Source of the DNA: Chiloscyllium plagiosum | Lineage: Eukaryota | DNA length: 64,000 bases | Assembly (NCBI RefSeq): GCF_004010195.1 | Contig: NC_057758.1 | Location: 6,396,842-6,460,841 of the forward strand | Direction: 5' to 3' | Shown: in pieces, positions 13,601 through 26,419 of the stretch | How the letters are laid out: every line of letters starts with the position of its first letter | Position numbering within the stretch: the stretch's first letter is position 1 | Notes under the pieces: generated by a model | What the model was told of the DNA's origin: nothing | The model's database searches: none | What the model saw: only the letters and a program-made list of their open reading frames with translations | Program-made: the position numbers and the translations under genes

Positions 13601-14499
13601 GTGAAGCACTAAAAGCTGTACTAACCATTTACATCTCCCTAATACATCCGGTAATTCTCAGATTCCAGAAGGTACCATCCCACATGAGGGCAGAAAGACA
13701 CAACAGGGTTAGAGGACATCCCAACATTTCGCGCCTCACCCACTAACAGGGGAAGGATCCTGACCTTAACACCCCCGAGAGGGCGACTGACCTTGTCCAG
13801 CTGCTGAACTGGGATCTGAGACTCCCCTTGACTCGTTGTGCTGGACAACGTAACTGTCTGTGGGCAATGATATCAATCTTCATTGTTTTGTGTCTGTGCT
13901 CAGCAACAAGACAATACAGCGGTTGTGTGAGTTGATTAGCTCAGGCTGAGGAGACATTCTGTGAAATGCAGGGTAAGGCAAAGCAATAATTCCGTGAAGT
14001 TCAGAGATAGCTCAAAGCGATTCTGGAAAAACGCCGAGAGAACAGGGCAGAGGTGCAGTCTATGAAAGGTGGGTGTGTCTCTGAGCACGGAGTTCTTGCA
14101 GTCATATTGCAATGAGAGGAGCCGGTGCCCTCTGCAGCACTGAAAGACTGAAGCGTACTCTCAGTGGGTTGGAAATGTGCTGTGATGGCCTGTGAGGCTG
14201 GCATGTGACCGATGCCAGTATTGGAGGGCGTGAAGTACATGCATATTTCGTCTGTGCAGTATCCTCTAAAAGGATGGCGTCCAAAGTAGAAGGTCGCAGG
14301 TTCGAGGGATGAGATAGAGTCACCAGTTACCGACACTGAATTACATGAGAAATTTTCAATATTGATTTTCCTCACAGTGGGAAGGACGACATGAAGTTGC
14401 AAATCGATGAGGAGAGAGCGACATTAATGGGACTGTTGACATCAATAATCATTCAGTCAAAATCTCGCCACTCTCTTTTAAAATCTTGTGTTTAAAAAC

Positions 14500-16350
14500 A
14501 GAATAAATCAGGAGCAGACCTTTGAACCCAATAAGCCTGCAATATTACATGTTGTCTTTCCGAAGTTAAAAAAAGAAAGTGTTAGCTTCTACATTTCGAT
14601 GTAGTTCTATTCCCTGCCTACTTATCTCTGCATCAACATACCTCTGAAAATTTGCTATTTCAACTTCTTCTCCACTATCAGTGCATTCCAGGCACTTTCA
14701 CATTATGTATGAAAAGGCAAATAAATGCCTATGGTATCTCTTTCAAACGTTCCTCTTCTAACGAATACCTTTCGTCCTAAGTAACTGATGTCCTACTCTG
14801 ATGGAAAAAAAAGCCTTCAACTATCATTCTATCTATGACTCTGATAATATTGTAAGTGCTGATCCGGCAGCCGCTCAGCCACCGATGCCCAAGTGAAATC
14901 AAACCAAATTTGTCCAATTTATCCTTATGGATAATGCTCGTCAATGGAGACAACATCCTGGTAAACGTTTCCATACCCTCTCTAACGCCCCCACATCGTT
15001 CTTCTGGTTTGGCAACCAGTACTGTATACAGTGTTCCAACTCGTTATAGATGCAACATAACTTGTCAATTTTTGTATTGTATGCTCTGATTGATGTCTGC
15101 ACGTTTCTCATAAGTCTTCATAAAAACCTTACCTACCCATGTTATCACTTTCAGGGAACTATGGTGCTGTACCCTGAGATCCCTTCAGATGCTGATGCGG
15201 AAAATAGTTTTTTTTTCATTAACTATATATTTCTCTCCTACAGCAGGCCTTCTAAGCTGCATCACCTCGCAATTGTTCAGATAACATTACATCTGCCTTT
15301 TCTCCATCCAGTTCTCCAGCCTATCTGTATTCTGTTGCATCCCATGGCAATCATCCTCATGATCCATAACTTCCCCAATCTATTCACACATCTCCACTCA
15401 TAAAAACTCCATTCCACCACTACTCTGTCCGAGCAGTTATCTATCCATCTTCTCGACTGACCGCTGATCCTATACTACCTCACCTTCTGTATACCTTCCA
15501 TACGGAACCATATGAAAGTCATGGTAAAGGGACATGTGTCCAAAATTCAGCCCCATGCTCTCATCAATCATCTTTGTCACATTCTCAAAAATTCAATCCT
15601 GTTGGTGAGGCGCGATCATCCCACTTCAAAGACATATTGCCTTTTCTTAATAAGTTCACATTTTCTGAATGTGCGTCAGTCATATTTCTGAGAATCTCTG
15701 ATGTTTTCCCTGCCGCTGACGTAAGACTCACGATATGAAATTTTACGATTGATCCTGCTGCCTTTTTTAACAAGGGACAACATTAGCTAATCTCCAGTGC
15801 CCTGGAACCCTTCTTGTGACTGAAGAGCATACAAAGAGTGATCACAACGAACCAGAAATTTATTCCTTCGCCTCCCGCAATATTCTGGGATTTTCCCATC
15901 ATATCCTGGAAACTTGTCTCCTTTGATGCTTTTCCACACACCCAGCACATCCTGCTTTTTTTTAACTTTGAAATGCTCTGCAATCCTTCCTATGGCACAC
16001 TATCCACCATGCGCTTCTTCTTTGTGAATACAAATGCAAAGTCTTCGTTTAGGACTTCACCCATCTTCCACCAGCTCCACACATAAATTCCCTCCTTTAC
16101 CCTTCTGTCCACCTACAGTTTCCCCGGCTACCCTTTTAATTAAAATAAGGTTTGGGATTTTTATGAATCCTGTTTGCCAAAGACATTTCAATGGCGCTGG
16201 TTGTTTCTCCTGAATCTGGGTTTACGTTATTCGAGTTGTTTTCTAATTTCGTTTTTCCAGGCTTCCGACTGCATTCAGTTTCCAAACACTTACATGTATT
16301 CATTTTACATTGTGACTGATATCACAATTACTCTTGTCTCAAGGTTTCCC
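14500..16350 (-). mobile_element. CR1 LINE ORF2 and 3-prime end, heavily decayed
   Basis: Antisense CR1 features; minus-strand peptides such as FTRMLSPL..DKLDKFGLISLGHRWLSG and IVKFHIVSLTSAAGK. Confidence 0.75.
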
Positions 16351-16678
16351 AAATCTTGCGAACATTACAATCGTGTCTCGATGACCAGCTCTCATATTCT
16401 TAAATGTAGTAACATCAAGAAGGGTCTGCTGGGCTTTTCTGGCAATTCTTCCAGATTCATCGAAGTATCCTACATTGTTGAGTTTCCTTTAAGTTTCTCT
16501 TTAAACTTAGAACCATATACAAATGCTTCTACAGCTACATGTGGATTCTAATGTTTGCCTTTTATGTTCCTTACTTGTTTTTGTTCTCTGTGTTGAAAAG
16601 AAATCCTTTAAATATCGCTTGTTGATTCTTGCCAGCATCATTTCACACACAGTTGTGTAATCGATTCTGTCAGACAGG

Positions 16679-17178
16679 NNNNNNNNNNNNNNNNNNNNNN
16701 NNNNNNNNNNNNNNNNNNNNNNNNNNNNNNNNNNNNNNNNNNNNNNNNNNNNNNNNNNNNNNNNNNNNNNNNNNNNNNNNNNNNNNNNNNNNNNNNNNNN
16801 NNNNNNNNNNNNNNNNNNNNNNNNNNNNNNNNNNNNNNNNNNNNNNNNNNNNNNNNNNNNNNNNNNNNNNNNNNNNNNNNNNNNNNNNNNNNNNNNNNNN
16901 NNNNNNNNNNNNNNNNNNNNNNNNNNNNNNNNNNNNNNNNNNNNNNNNNNNNNNNNNNNNNNNNNNNNNNNNNNNNNNNNNNNNNNNNNNNNNNNNNNNN
17001 NNNNNNNNNNNNNNNNNNNNNNNNNNNNNNNNNNNNNNNNNNNNNNNNNNNNNNNNNNNNNNNNNNNNNNNNNNNNNNNNNNNNNNNNNNNNNNNNNNNN
17101 NNNNNNNNNNNNNNNNNNNNNNNNNNNNNNNNNNNNNNNNNNNNNNNNNNNNNNNNNNNNNNNNNNNNNNNNNNNNNN
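16679..17178. other. Assembly gap (500 N)
   Basis: Run of N. Confidence 1.
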
Positions 17179-17224
17179 CATCGGAGTTTAGAAGGTTGAG
17201 GGGAGATCTAATAGAAATTAATTC

Positions 17225-17750
17225 CCAGCGTTCACACTTTCTAAGCCTTGCAACATCACGAACGTTGACACCTGGGAGGCAACAAACCAATCGTGTGTTA
17301 CTTTCTTTCCCACACAACCTCCGATCGCTTCTCCTTACTATGGACTCACCAATGACGAAAGCTCTGCTCCTCTTCCCCTTCCCCACTGAGCAGCAGGGAG
17401 AGACACTGCACCAGCGACCTCTTCCACATTATCTGCGATTGGTTCGTCTTTCCCCCAACAATATGGAAAATGGTATAGTTGTTGCAGAAAATCACCACAG
17501 AAGATCCCTGCACTGCCTAATCGTTCCCTTCCTTAATCCTGACGTTAACCTATCTACCATCGTCGCGTTGCTGTGGAGTAACTAACTCCCTGTATCTCCT
17601 CACAATAACTGCCTCCGCCTTCTGAATGACCCGACGTTCATCCAGCTCCACCTGCTGTTCCCTAACTTGGTTCTCGAGGCACTGGAGTTGGGTGCAATTC
17701 TCACGCATGAAGTCAGCAATGAGCGTGAGGTGACTTACTTACCAAACGTG
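17225..17750 (-). mobile_element. CR1 ORF1 fragment
   Basis: Minus-strand RAFVIGESIVRRSDRRLCG..TRLVCCLPGVNVRDV is the CR1 ORF1 esterase block I. Confidence 0.8.
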
Positions 17751-18116
17751 CAGGAATTCTTTGAACCATCCTTAGTGTATAAAAATAATCATTTTCCCCC
17801 ATTTCAATGTACAGCATAAAACAAAATAAATATTTATTTTAAATGACAATGTATTCCAACAGACCAAGAGTGTTGCTCTCGGTTCTGCGAGCTAAAAAGT
17901 GATTCATACATTCTGTAATTTTCTGAGTTTAGATTGACAAGCTCATTTCAGTTTAACAAAAAAGATATCTGGAATTTTAGGGATAAATGAAGTCATCTGC
18001 TCAGAAACTGAGCATGGAATAAACAATCCTATTAACGGAACCCAGGTGTTGATGATGAATTAATGTCAACTCCATAATTGATGAGTAAAGTCTCTCAGGG
18101 ACGTCTCTCTTTGCTG

Positions 18117-18123
18117 CATAAAA
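18117..18123 (+). promoter_or_regulatory. TATA-like box (CATAAAA) upstream of GPCR gene 2 exon 1
   Basis: About 60 nt upstream of the ATG at 18180; positional inference only. Confidence 0.3.
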
Positions 18124-18179
18124 GGATTCCTGGCTTAACTGCAAAGAGAAACCCTCGACCCATTGGCAGAAAATGCGTC

Positions 18180-18324
18180 ATGGATTTCAATGATTTCTAT
18201 TCATCCATTCTTGAAGTATCCTCCGAAGCATTTTCATGGATTAACGGGGCCTCCTATATCAAAACTTTAATTCAGGAATTCGAGAGGATATACTACCCAA
18301 TACTTGCTGCTGTCAGTGTCCCCC
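18180..18324 (+). CDS. GPR139-like: First coding exon (N-terminus + first half of TM1) of GPR139-like gene 2; splice donor appears mutated
   Basis: ATG 18180 gives MDFNDFYSSILEVSSEAFSWINGASYIKTLIQEFERIYYPILAAVSVP. YYP....(G/S)VP parallels GPR139 TM1 (YY..LL..GLP|AN). It ends in phase 1, matching the acceptor at 22155, and is followed by ATAAGT where GTAAGT is expected. Confidence 0.75.
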
Positions 18325-19004
18325 ATAAGTGCTAAGTGTCCTTATCAAATTTCTAAACCGTGTTGTACCCTTCACTTATTGCCCTGAACAGTTTCCTGAT
18401 CCACATTTCTCGTAGATGGATAGTTGATTCGTCCTTACTCCCCTTGGTATATATGTTGAAGTGTAAAGCTATGTTAGACCAGACTACATTACACTGTCAA
18501 CGTAGTCATTACCGGACACGAATTCGAATGATTCTCTGCTTCTTATCCTCGTGGCTATGGATCTAAGTATCTTCGAGAAAATGTGGAAGGATTACCTGAA
18601 ATCCTCTGCAGTAGTTGGCTATATTTGTTTGATAGACCATGAATATTTGAATCAGAATTCTGCTTCAGTAGATTCAATATATTTAAGTATTTAATATAAG
18701 AGGATAGCGTATCAGGCAAATAGACACACGCACACACTCTCTCACAGATTCTCGCTCTTGCAAAGCTGCATACACCCACTATCACTCACACAAAACCTTT
18801 CAGATGCTTTCCCAAATGCACAGAGAAATTCTCTCTCGTTTTCGAACTCTTTATCACACACAAGCACAAATACAAACACACTCACACACGCACACAGACG
18901 TGAGCTTGCACATAGACACACATGCACAATCAATGGCAAACACTCATATATTCAGATAACCTCACGGAGAGACATTGTCAGAATGTATCCTGTGTCGTAA
19001 TATG

Positions 19005-20560
19005 TGATGCTGGAAAACGCAGATGTTCTGGCAGCATGCGAAGTGGAGGAGAGTTGAAGTTTTGAGCATCAGCCGTTCATCCCGAATGAGGGGGTGGCCC
19101 AAGGGGCCTGAGAGATAAATGGGTGATGCTGGGGAAGGTAACTGAGGATGCCATTTTTAGATGGAGGTGGGCGATGATGGAGATTGTTCGGAAAGGAGGT
19201 TGGAGCAAATTGGTGGGAAGAAAAATGGAGAGTTAAGTCAGTTCAATAAGGGTCTGGAAGGTTGGCTCTGGAATTGGGTGGCGAGTGGGATGGGTGGAAA
19301 GTGAAGAAACTTGTGAAATCTGCATCGATCCCATGTGGTTGGAGGGTGCCATGGGCGGAAGTTGAGGCATTCTTCCTAAAGGCATCGGATGCCTAGAGTC
19401 TGCCGGTGGAGGAGGTCCAGGACTTGCATGTTTTTGACGGTTGGGAGGTGGAGTTACCATGGACGGCAGTGAGTTTGAAGGTGTAGGCGCAAGTTTTCCT
19501 CTTTCTGTGGTGTCAAGGAAAGGTGCCAGGTGTGGACGATGCGGTGGTGGATGCTGTGGCCCTCACAATGGAGTCTCTGTGGTTATCATCTCTGTGGAAT
19601 GCAGGTAGTGGTGGAAAGTGAAATGCATCCCAGGTGGCGGACATGGCTCAAGATGTTGAGTTGAATGTGAAGATTGGTAGGATGCAAGTTGAGGAGCGGG
19701 GAGTTCTGTCCTTGATCCGATTGAAGAGGTAGGGTTCAAGGGCAGAGGTGAGCGAATTGGAGGCGATGTACTTGAGAGCATCATTCACAGCGGGAGGGAA
19801 TTTGCAGTCATTGAAGAAGAAGGCCCATCCGGGATTTTCTTTGGTGGAATTAGTCCTCCTGGGACAAGATGCGGTCGATGATTTGGAAGGAATGGATAGC
19901 GTTTTGACAAATGCCAAGATGTGACGAGGTGTCCTCCAGGAAGCTGTGAGAGGCAGTGAGCTTGACGTCGATGTCTGTTTTGTGTCTGTCAACGGAAATG
20001 AAGATGGAGAGGTCCAGGAAGGGGAGAGAGGTGCCCGAGACGGTCCAGATGAATTTGAAGTCAGGTACAAAGTACTGGTGAAATTGATGAACTGTTCGTG
20101 CTGCTCGCAGGAGCATGAGCTGGCGCCGATCGAGTCATTGATGAGGCAGAGGAAATGGAGGAGATTGATGTCAGTTTCGCTACGGCAGATGAACTGTTCC
20201 ACGTACAAGAGAACGTTGCATGTACAGCTGGGGCCTCTGCGGATACCCATGGTTACTCCTTTTCCCTGGAGGAAGTGGAAGAATTGAATCGAGATTTTTT
20301 TGAGGATGAGGTCCAGTTCAAAAAATCAGACGAATGTTTCAGTGGAAGTATGCAATTTGGGTCATCGTTTGACGACGAAATGGTGGGCCTGGAGGCCTTC
20401 GTCTTGAGAGAAGAATGTCTAAAGATGAAGTCTGCGAGCCAGAGAAACGGAAGTCATGGAGGCGGTGGCATCCCAAACATACATCGGGAGATCCTAGATC
20501 AAGCTGGACAGATTGATGCCAAGGTATGCTGGGGTATTTTCTTTGTGGAAGGAGAAGGAT
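19005..20560 (-). mobile_element. Penelope-like retroelement (RT region + 3-prime end), decayed
   Basis: Minus-strand MGIRRGPS..YVEQF..FLCLINDSIGASSCS.EQFINF / FKFIWTVSGTSLPFLDLSI..TDIDVKLTASHSFLEDTSSH..CQNAI are Penelope RT motifs. The terminus at 19005-19080 is the reverse complement of 21860-21945. Confidence 0.85.
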
Positions 20561-20719
20561 GAGGCATTAGGTCAACCAGAGCAGTCAGGTTTGTGCATTT
20601 TGGGTCGAAGGTAGAACAGGGCAGTGCGATGTCCCCGGACTATGGGTTTTGAGGCTTGATTGGTAGCCAAAGGCAACAGTATCTTTCTCGGCTGTGCCTG
20701 CCTCTTCCTCAATTACAGG

Positions 20720-21945
20720 GAACAGTGTGTTTTCCACAGCTGCACCGGCACCATTTCCAGCCATTTCCTCTGTATCAACGCCACATCGTGCTCCCACCAG
20801 GAGTTTTAAAAGTTCATGAATTTTATTAACATGCTATTCCCTGACCACAAATTCAACTGGATCATCTCGCCCACATCCCTTTCTTTCCTGTACCTCTCCG
20901 TCTTCGTTTCCGTTCACAGACTCAACACAAAGCAATTTCCCCCACCATTTCCCCCTCCAGTACCTCTCTTCCTCTTTTGTGCATCTGTCCTTGAAGCGCA
21001 CCCATCCAATCACAGCAAGCACAGAGCCCTCCTGGACCTCACCTTCTGTCCCAACAACCAGCAAATACAACGCGGCATCCTCGACCATTTCGACTACCTT
21101 CATACAGACCACATCACCAGAAATATATTTCTCGTCCCACCCGGACTTGCGCGCCACAGGGGCCATTCACTCCAGGACTCCTTCGTTCGGTCCAAGACCT
21201 CCAGCAACCGACCATCCTCTCCCAGCATCATGCCTTGCCACCGGACAAAATACAAAACCTCCTCCCACACCTCCATACTCACCACAGTCCGAAGAATCCT
21301 TCCACAACCAACAGAGATTTAACTTGACTTCAACACATATCATATACTGTGTCCGTTGCTGTCGATGTGCTCTCCTCCAACTGAAGCAGACAGAATGCTT
21401 ACTTGCAGAATGGTGCAGAGATCATCTCTGAGACACATGCACTAAAAACCCTATTGCCCTGTAGTCTAACACTTTAAGTGCCACTCCAACTCCGCCGAGG
21501 CTATGCACATCCTGGGCCTCCACGACACCAAACATCTAGCCACCCAACACGTGGGCGAATAGTGCCGCATCATCCACTTTTGGTCCCTGCAACCATACAG
21601 GATAAATGTATATTTCACGCGTTTCATTAATCGCCATCATCCCTCTTTCCAATTTATTCCAGAGCCAACATTCTGACTCGACACCAAACTCTGAACTGTC
21701 CAAACTGTCCATCTTCCTTCCTCCCAATTCCGTTCAGCCTCCTTTCTGACATATCACCATAATACCTCATATCCAGCTACCTATCACATCCCCCGCTACC
21801 TTCCCAACAGTCCATCCCGTTACATTGATGTCTCAGCCCATTGGGCTATTCCCTCATTGCTGATGAAGAGTTTATGCTCGAAATGTCGACTCTCCTGCTC
21901 CTCGGATGCTTCCAGACTGGCTGTGCATCTCCAGCGCCACATGTT
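20720..21945 (+). mobile_element. Penelope-like retroelement (RT C-terminus, GIY-YIG endonuclease, 3-prime end with hammerhead-like core), decayed
   Basis: FMNFINMLFPDHKFNWIISPTSLSFL; QQRFNLTSTHIIYCVRCCRCALL..TE..L.E....HL (GIY-YIG with CxxC); CTGATGA-AGAGTTTATGCTC-GAAATGTC at 21860-21887. Confidence 0.85.
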
Positions 21946-22155
21946 CCATCACTTTCTCCTGCAACTATGTATACAATAATTAGCTACGTCAGAGTAGAGA
22001 ATGCGAATTTGGAAGGTACTGTTTGATGATTATGCCTTCTGAATGGAAAACACAGTCATAACTGTGCACCACTTATGGATGAAGTGAAAATTGAATATTG
22101 CAGTTTTTTCCCTCATCAATCGTTAAGTGTGATATCGTAGTTTCCTTTTCCACAG

Positions 22156-23060
22156 TTAATACAGTGACGATTGTGATCCTGTTCCGTGGGAAGTGTGAAC
22201 TCTCCAGATGTGTCACTCTCTATCTGATGGCCATGGTAGTCGCAGATTTATTGGTGGTCATCCTTGATCTGATATTGAGACATATTCCAATTGTTTATCC
22301 AGAAGTCTTCACTTTCATGGAGGATATAGATGTATGCAACATTCATGCTGTCCTGCTTTATGCAGCATCCGATTGCTCTGTCTGGTTCACAGTCACATTC
22401 ACCTTCGACCGCTTGGTTGCCATTCGTTGTCACACGTTCAAAAATAAATATTGTAATGAGAAAACAGTGGCGGTGGTTCTCGGAACAGTGACTGGACTGA
22501 GCTGTTTAAATAATATCAGCTGGCATTTTATGTATAACAGTAATTATCGTTTATCTAATCATCCTATGTTTTGTGGTATAGAATTGAGTGATGACAACTT
22601 AGAATTATGGGCCAGAATTGAAATTGTTCACTACATTCTCTCACCCTGTCTCCCATTCGTTCTGATTCTGCAGCTCAACATTGTTACCGTCAGACATATT
22701 GTAGTGAGCAGCAGAGCCCGCAGGAGACTCCGGGCTCACAACAATGGGGAGGGTCCCAGAGACACGGAGATGGAGAACCGAAGAAAATCAATTGTTCTTC
22801 TGTTTCTGATTTCAGGCAACTTCATCCTGCTGTGGGCAGTGTTTACCGTGTATGCAATGCTTGAACGAATGGATAATCTGGGCTATTTTATTTATATGCC
22901 TGCGTATGTCCAAGAATTAGGATTTATTCTACAGCTCCTGAGTTGCTGCACAAACACTGGAATCTACGTCGTGACACAGAATAGGTTCAGAGGACAATTC
23001 AAAAATTTGGTGATATATCCCTTCAGTCTGATAACTCATAGAATCAAAAGGCAAAATTAG
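22156..23060 (+). CDS. GPR139-like: GPR139/GPR142-like GPCR gene 2, large coding exon 2
   Basis: Acceptor TTTCCTTTTCCACAG ends at 22155 (phase 1, same position as gene 1). Open frame to TAG at 23060 with the same 7TM motifs (AMVVADLL, VCNIHAVLLYAA, FTFDRL, LPF, FILLW, LLSCCTNTGIY). Confidence 0.9.
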
Positions 23061-23832
23061 TACCTGCCTCTGGTTTCCATTGTATACCCTGACTTCCAAC
23101 GATGATTTAGATTAATTGACATATGATATTCCAAATCTGGTCGGATTGGAGCCTTAAACAACATGAGCAGTATATCCACGGACTTTAATTCTAGCACACT
23201 CAAAATGAATGTTGACATTTCATTTTTCTTCCTACCCTCCAAGTGAAATTGCAAACCAACCTGAAGAAAATCAAGAACCAGGGCTCAAAGACTATCAGCG
23301 CGTAAAAACTCTGACGTTGTTTCTAATTTAGAACATAGTCTATGTCCCTGTTCCTCCAATCAAATTGCATCTCATCCTATTTTTCCACATTGTTTTCCAT
23401 TTTAAAATTGCAGTTGGCTCTCTTGTTGGGAAAGCTTGGACAGTAATTTGGTTATTAAATGTTGATGGACACAACAATTAAATGTAGATATGGATAAAAT
23501 ATGTTGGTTTTTAGACAATCATTAGACAAAATGATTAATAATATTGTCTGCAGCCACAACCTTTCCGATCAACTCGCCCTCCTATCGAAACCTTCCAAAT
23601 TTAGAATATACTTTGCGCATGTAAACATCCTATGAACGTTCATAACCTCAAATTGTATGTCCTTGTGCTCGATTAGTCACTTTATTGTCCACTCTCTCCG
23701 TCTTCCCTCGTCTTTCAGCAGTCTCCCATCTCGTTAACACTCCTGCCAGTCGACAATGGTGCATGATTGACCTCTTGGAACTTTTCCAAAGTGTCGTTCC
23801 CCTGTCTGTACACTAGTGGTCTCCTCCTGTCT

Positions 23833-24655
23833 NNNNNNNNNNNNNNNNNNNNNNNNNNNNNNNNNNNNNNNNNNNNNNNNNNNNNNNNNNNNNNNNNNNN
23901 NNNNNNNNNNNNNNNNNNNNNNNNNNNNNNNNNNNNNNNNNNNNNNNNNNNNNNNNNNNNNNNNNNNNNNNNNNNNNNNNNNNNNNNNNNNNNNNNNNNN
24001 NNNNNNNNNNNNNNNNNNNNNNNNNNNNNNNNNNNNNNNNNNNNNNNNNNNNNNNNNNNNNNNNNNNNNNNNNNNNNNNNNNNNNNNNNNNNNNNNNNNN
24101 NNNNNNNNNNNNNNNNNNNNNNNNNNNNNNNNNNNNNNNNNNNNNNNNNNNNNNNNNNNNNNNNNNNNNNNNNNNNNNNNNNNNNNNNNNNNNNNNNNNN
24201 NNNNNNNNNNNNNNNNNNNNNNNNNNNNNNNNNNNNNNNNNNNNNNNNNNNNNNNNNNNNNNNNNNNNNNNNNNNNNNNNNNNNNNNNNNNNNNNNNNNN
24301 NNNNNNNNNNNNNNNNNNNNNNNNNNNNNNNNNNNNNNNNNNNNNNNNNNNNNNNNNNNNNNNNNNNNNNNNNNNNNNNNNNNNNNNNNNNNNNNNNNNN
24401 NNNNNNNNNNNNNNNNNNNNNNNNNNNNNNNNNNNNNNNNNNNNNNNNNNNNNNNNNNNNNNNNNNNNNNNNNNNNNNNNNNNNNNNNNNNNNNNNNNNN
24501 NNNNNNNNNNNNNNNNNNNNNNNNNNNNNNNNNNNNNNNNNNNNNNNNNNNNNNNNNNNNNNNNNNNNNNNNNNNNNNNNNNNNNNNNNNNNNNNNNNNN
24601 NNNNNNNNNNNNNNNNNNNNNNNNNNNNNNNNNNNNNNNNNNNNNNNNNNNNNNN
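23833..24655. other. Assembly gap (823 N)
   Basis: Run of N. Confidence 1.
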
Positions 24656-25500
24656 GGGCCAATGGGCAGAGAAGTGGCAGATGGAATTTAATTCAGATAA
24701 ATGCGAGGTGCTGCATTTTGGTGTAGCAAATCTTCGCAGGACTTATACACTTAATAGTAAGGTCCGAGGGAGTGTTGCTGAACAAAGAAATTTGGAGTGC
24801 AGGTTTGTGGCTCCTTGAAGGTGGAGTCGCAGCTAGATAGGATAGTGAAGAAGGCGTTTGTTATGCTTTCGTTTATTGGTCAGAGCATTGAATACAGGAG
24901 TTAGAATGTCATGTTGGGACTGGAAAGGACATTGGTTAGCCAAGTGTTGGAACATTGCGTGCAATTTTGGTCTCCTTACTATCGGAATGATGTTGTGAAA
25001 CTTGGAATGGTTCAGAAAAGATTCACAAGGATTTTGCCAGGGTTGGAGGATTTGAGCTAATGGGAGAATCTGAAAAGGCTGGGGCTATTTTCACTGGAGT
25101 GTCGAAGCTGATGGGTGACCTTATAGAGGTTCACAAAATTATTTGAGGCATGGTTAGGATAAATAAGCAAATTATTTTCCTAGGGAGTTGGGTAGTCTAG
25201 AACAAGAGTGCATAGTTTTACGATGAGGGGGGGAAAGATATAGAAGAGACCTAAGGGGCAATTTTTTCACACAAGATGTGGTACTTGTATGGAATGAGCT
25301 ACCAGATGAAGTGGTGGAGGCTGGCAGAATTGCAATATTTTGGATGTTTATATCAATAAGAGGGCTTGGATGGATATGGGCCGATTGCTGGCAGGTGGCA
25401 GGCGGAACAAGATTGAGTAGGGACAGCTCGTCGACATGGACGGGTTGGACCAAAGGGTCTGTTTCCATGCTGTACATCTCTATGACTCTCTGACTCTATG
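24656..25500 (+). mobile_element. CR1 LINE 3-prime portion (duplicate of 29220-30060)
   Basis: WAEKWQMEFNSDKCEVLHFG.. RT C-terminus and the CR1 3-prime tail TCTATGACTCT. Confidence 0.9.
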
Positions 25501-26258
25501 TTCTTATACATAAAACATTTCTGCTGCGTTTTACCCAAAATTCATTGTTCATAGGCAAATGTATTTAGCTTATACCCCTTAAAACTTAGCGTTATACAAA
25601 AAATCATTCGTGCAGATTTGAAATGAGTAATTGATGCAGCAACCTCTGCCATTTGTGCCAGAGTGTTCCAAACATTTTGAACTCCTTGCACGTAGCAGCT
25701 CTTCCGAACATCTCGCCCAGTCTCCGCATGAATCACAGATCATATCCTCGATTGTAGAGCCCCCAACGTGTGGATATGCCATCTCTTTAAATGTTCCATT
25801 TGATTGATGATTTCGATCAGATGACACCACAGCTTTCGAACTTCTCCACAAAGCAGGTCATATTTTCTGTAATCTTCTGAATAACATCAGTCTTGAAGTC
25901 CAAGAAATAGTGTCGTTAAGTTATGCTACATTCCTTCCCAAGGCTCTGGATACTTCTAGCGTTAAAAAATTATCCAGGTGCGCCCTTGCAATGTTCAGTT
26001 TGACAAGTGTATGCACTAGCTAACGGAATTAATGAATTGAACAGTTCGTTGCGTGTTGTTGACATACACAGAAGAGAAGATCGTACTTTGTCCAAGTTCA
26101 ATATATGCTTCCCAAGGTGTGCTGATCACATCTGACCGAAGTACTCCAAGTGGGATTTAATCCAAGTTATATTTGTGCAAAAAAAGGCGACTTCCAAGTT
26201 GCTGAGACAAATACAGCCACATAGTTAAAACATGTTAGGTATTACAGAAAAGTGACCA

Positions 26259-26419
26259 NNNNNNNNNNNNNNNNNNNNNNNNNNNNNNNNNNNNNNNNNN
26301 NNNNNNNNNNNNNNNNNNNNNNNNNNNNNNNNNNNNNNNNNNNNNNNNNNNNNNNNNNNNNNNNNNNNNNNNNNNNNNNNNNNNNNNNNNNNNNNNNNNN
26401 NNNNNNNNNNNNNNNNNNN
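26259..26419. other. Assembly gap (161 N)
   Basis: Run of N. Confidence 1.

Noticed and set aside
14030..14350. Possible Deu-domain SINE remnant
   Set aside because: Only vague similarity to the recalled consensus; cannot be supported without alignment.
16507..17585. Long ORFs spanning N runs (also at 23715-24726, 35268-35930, 61029-61985)
   Set aside because: Artefacts of assembly gaps.
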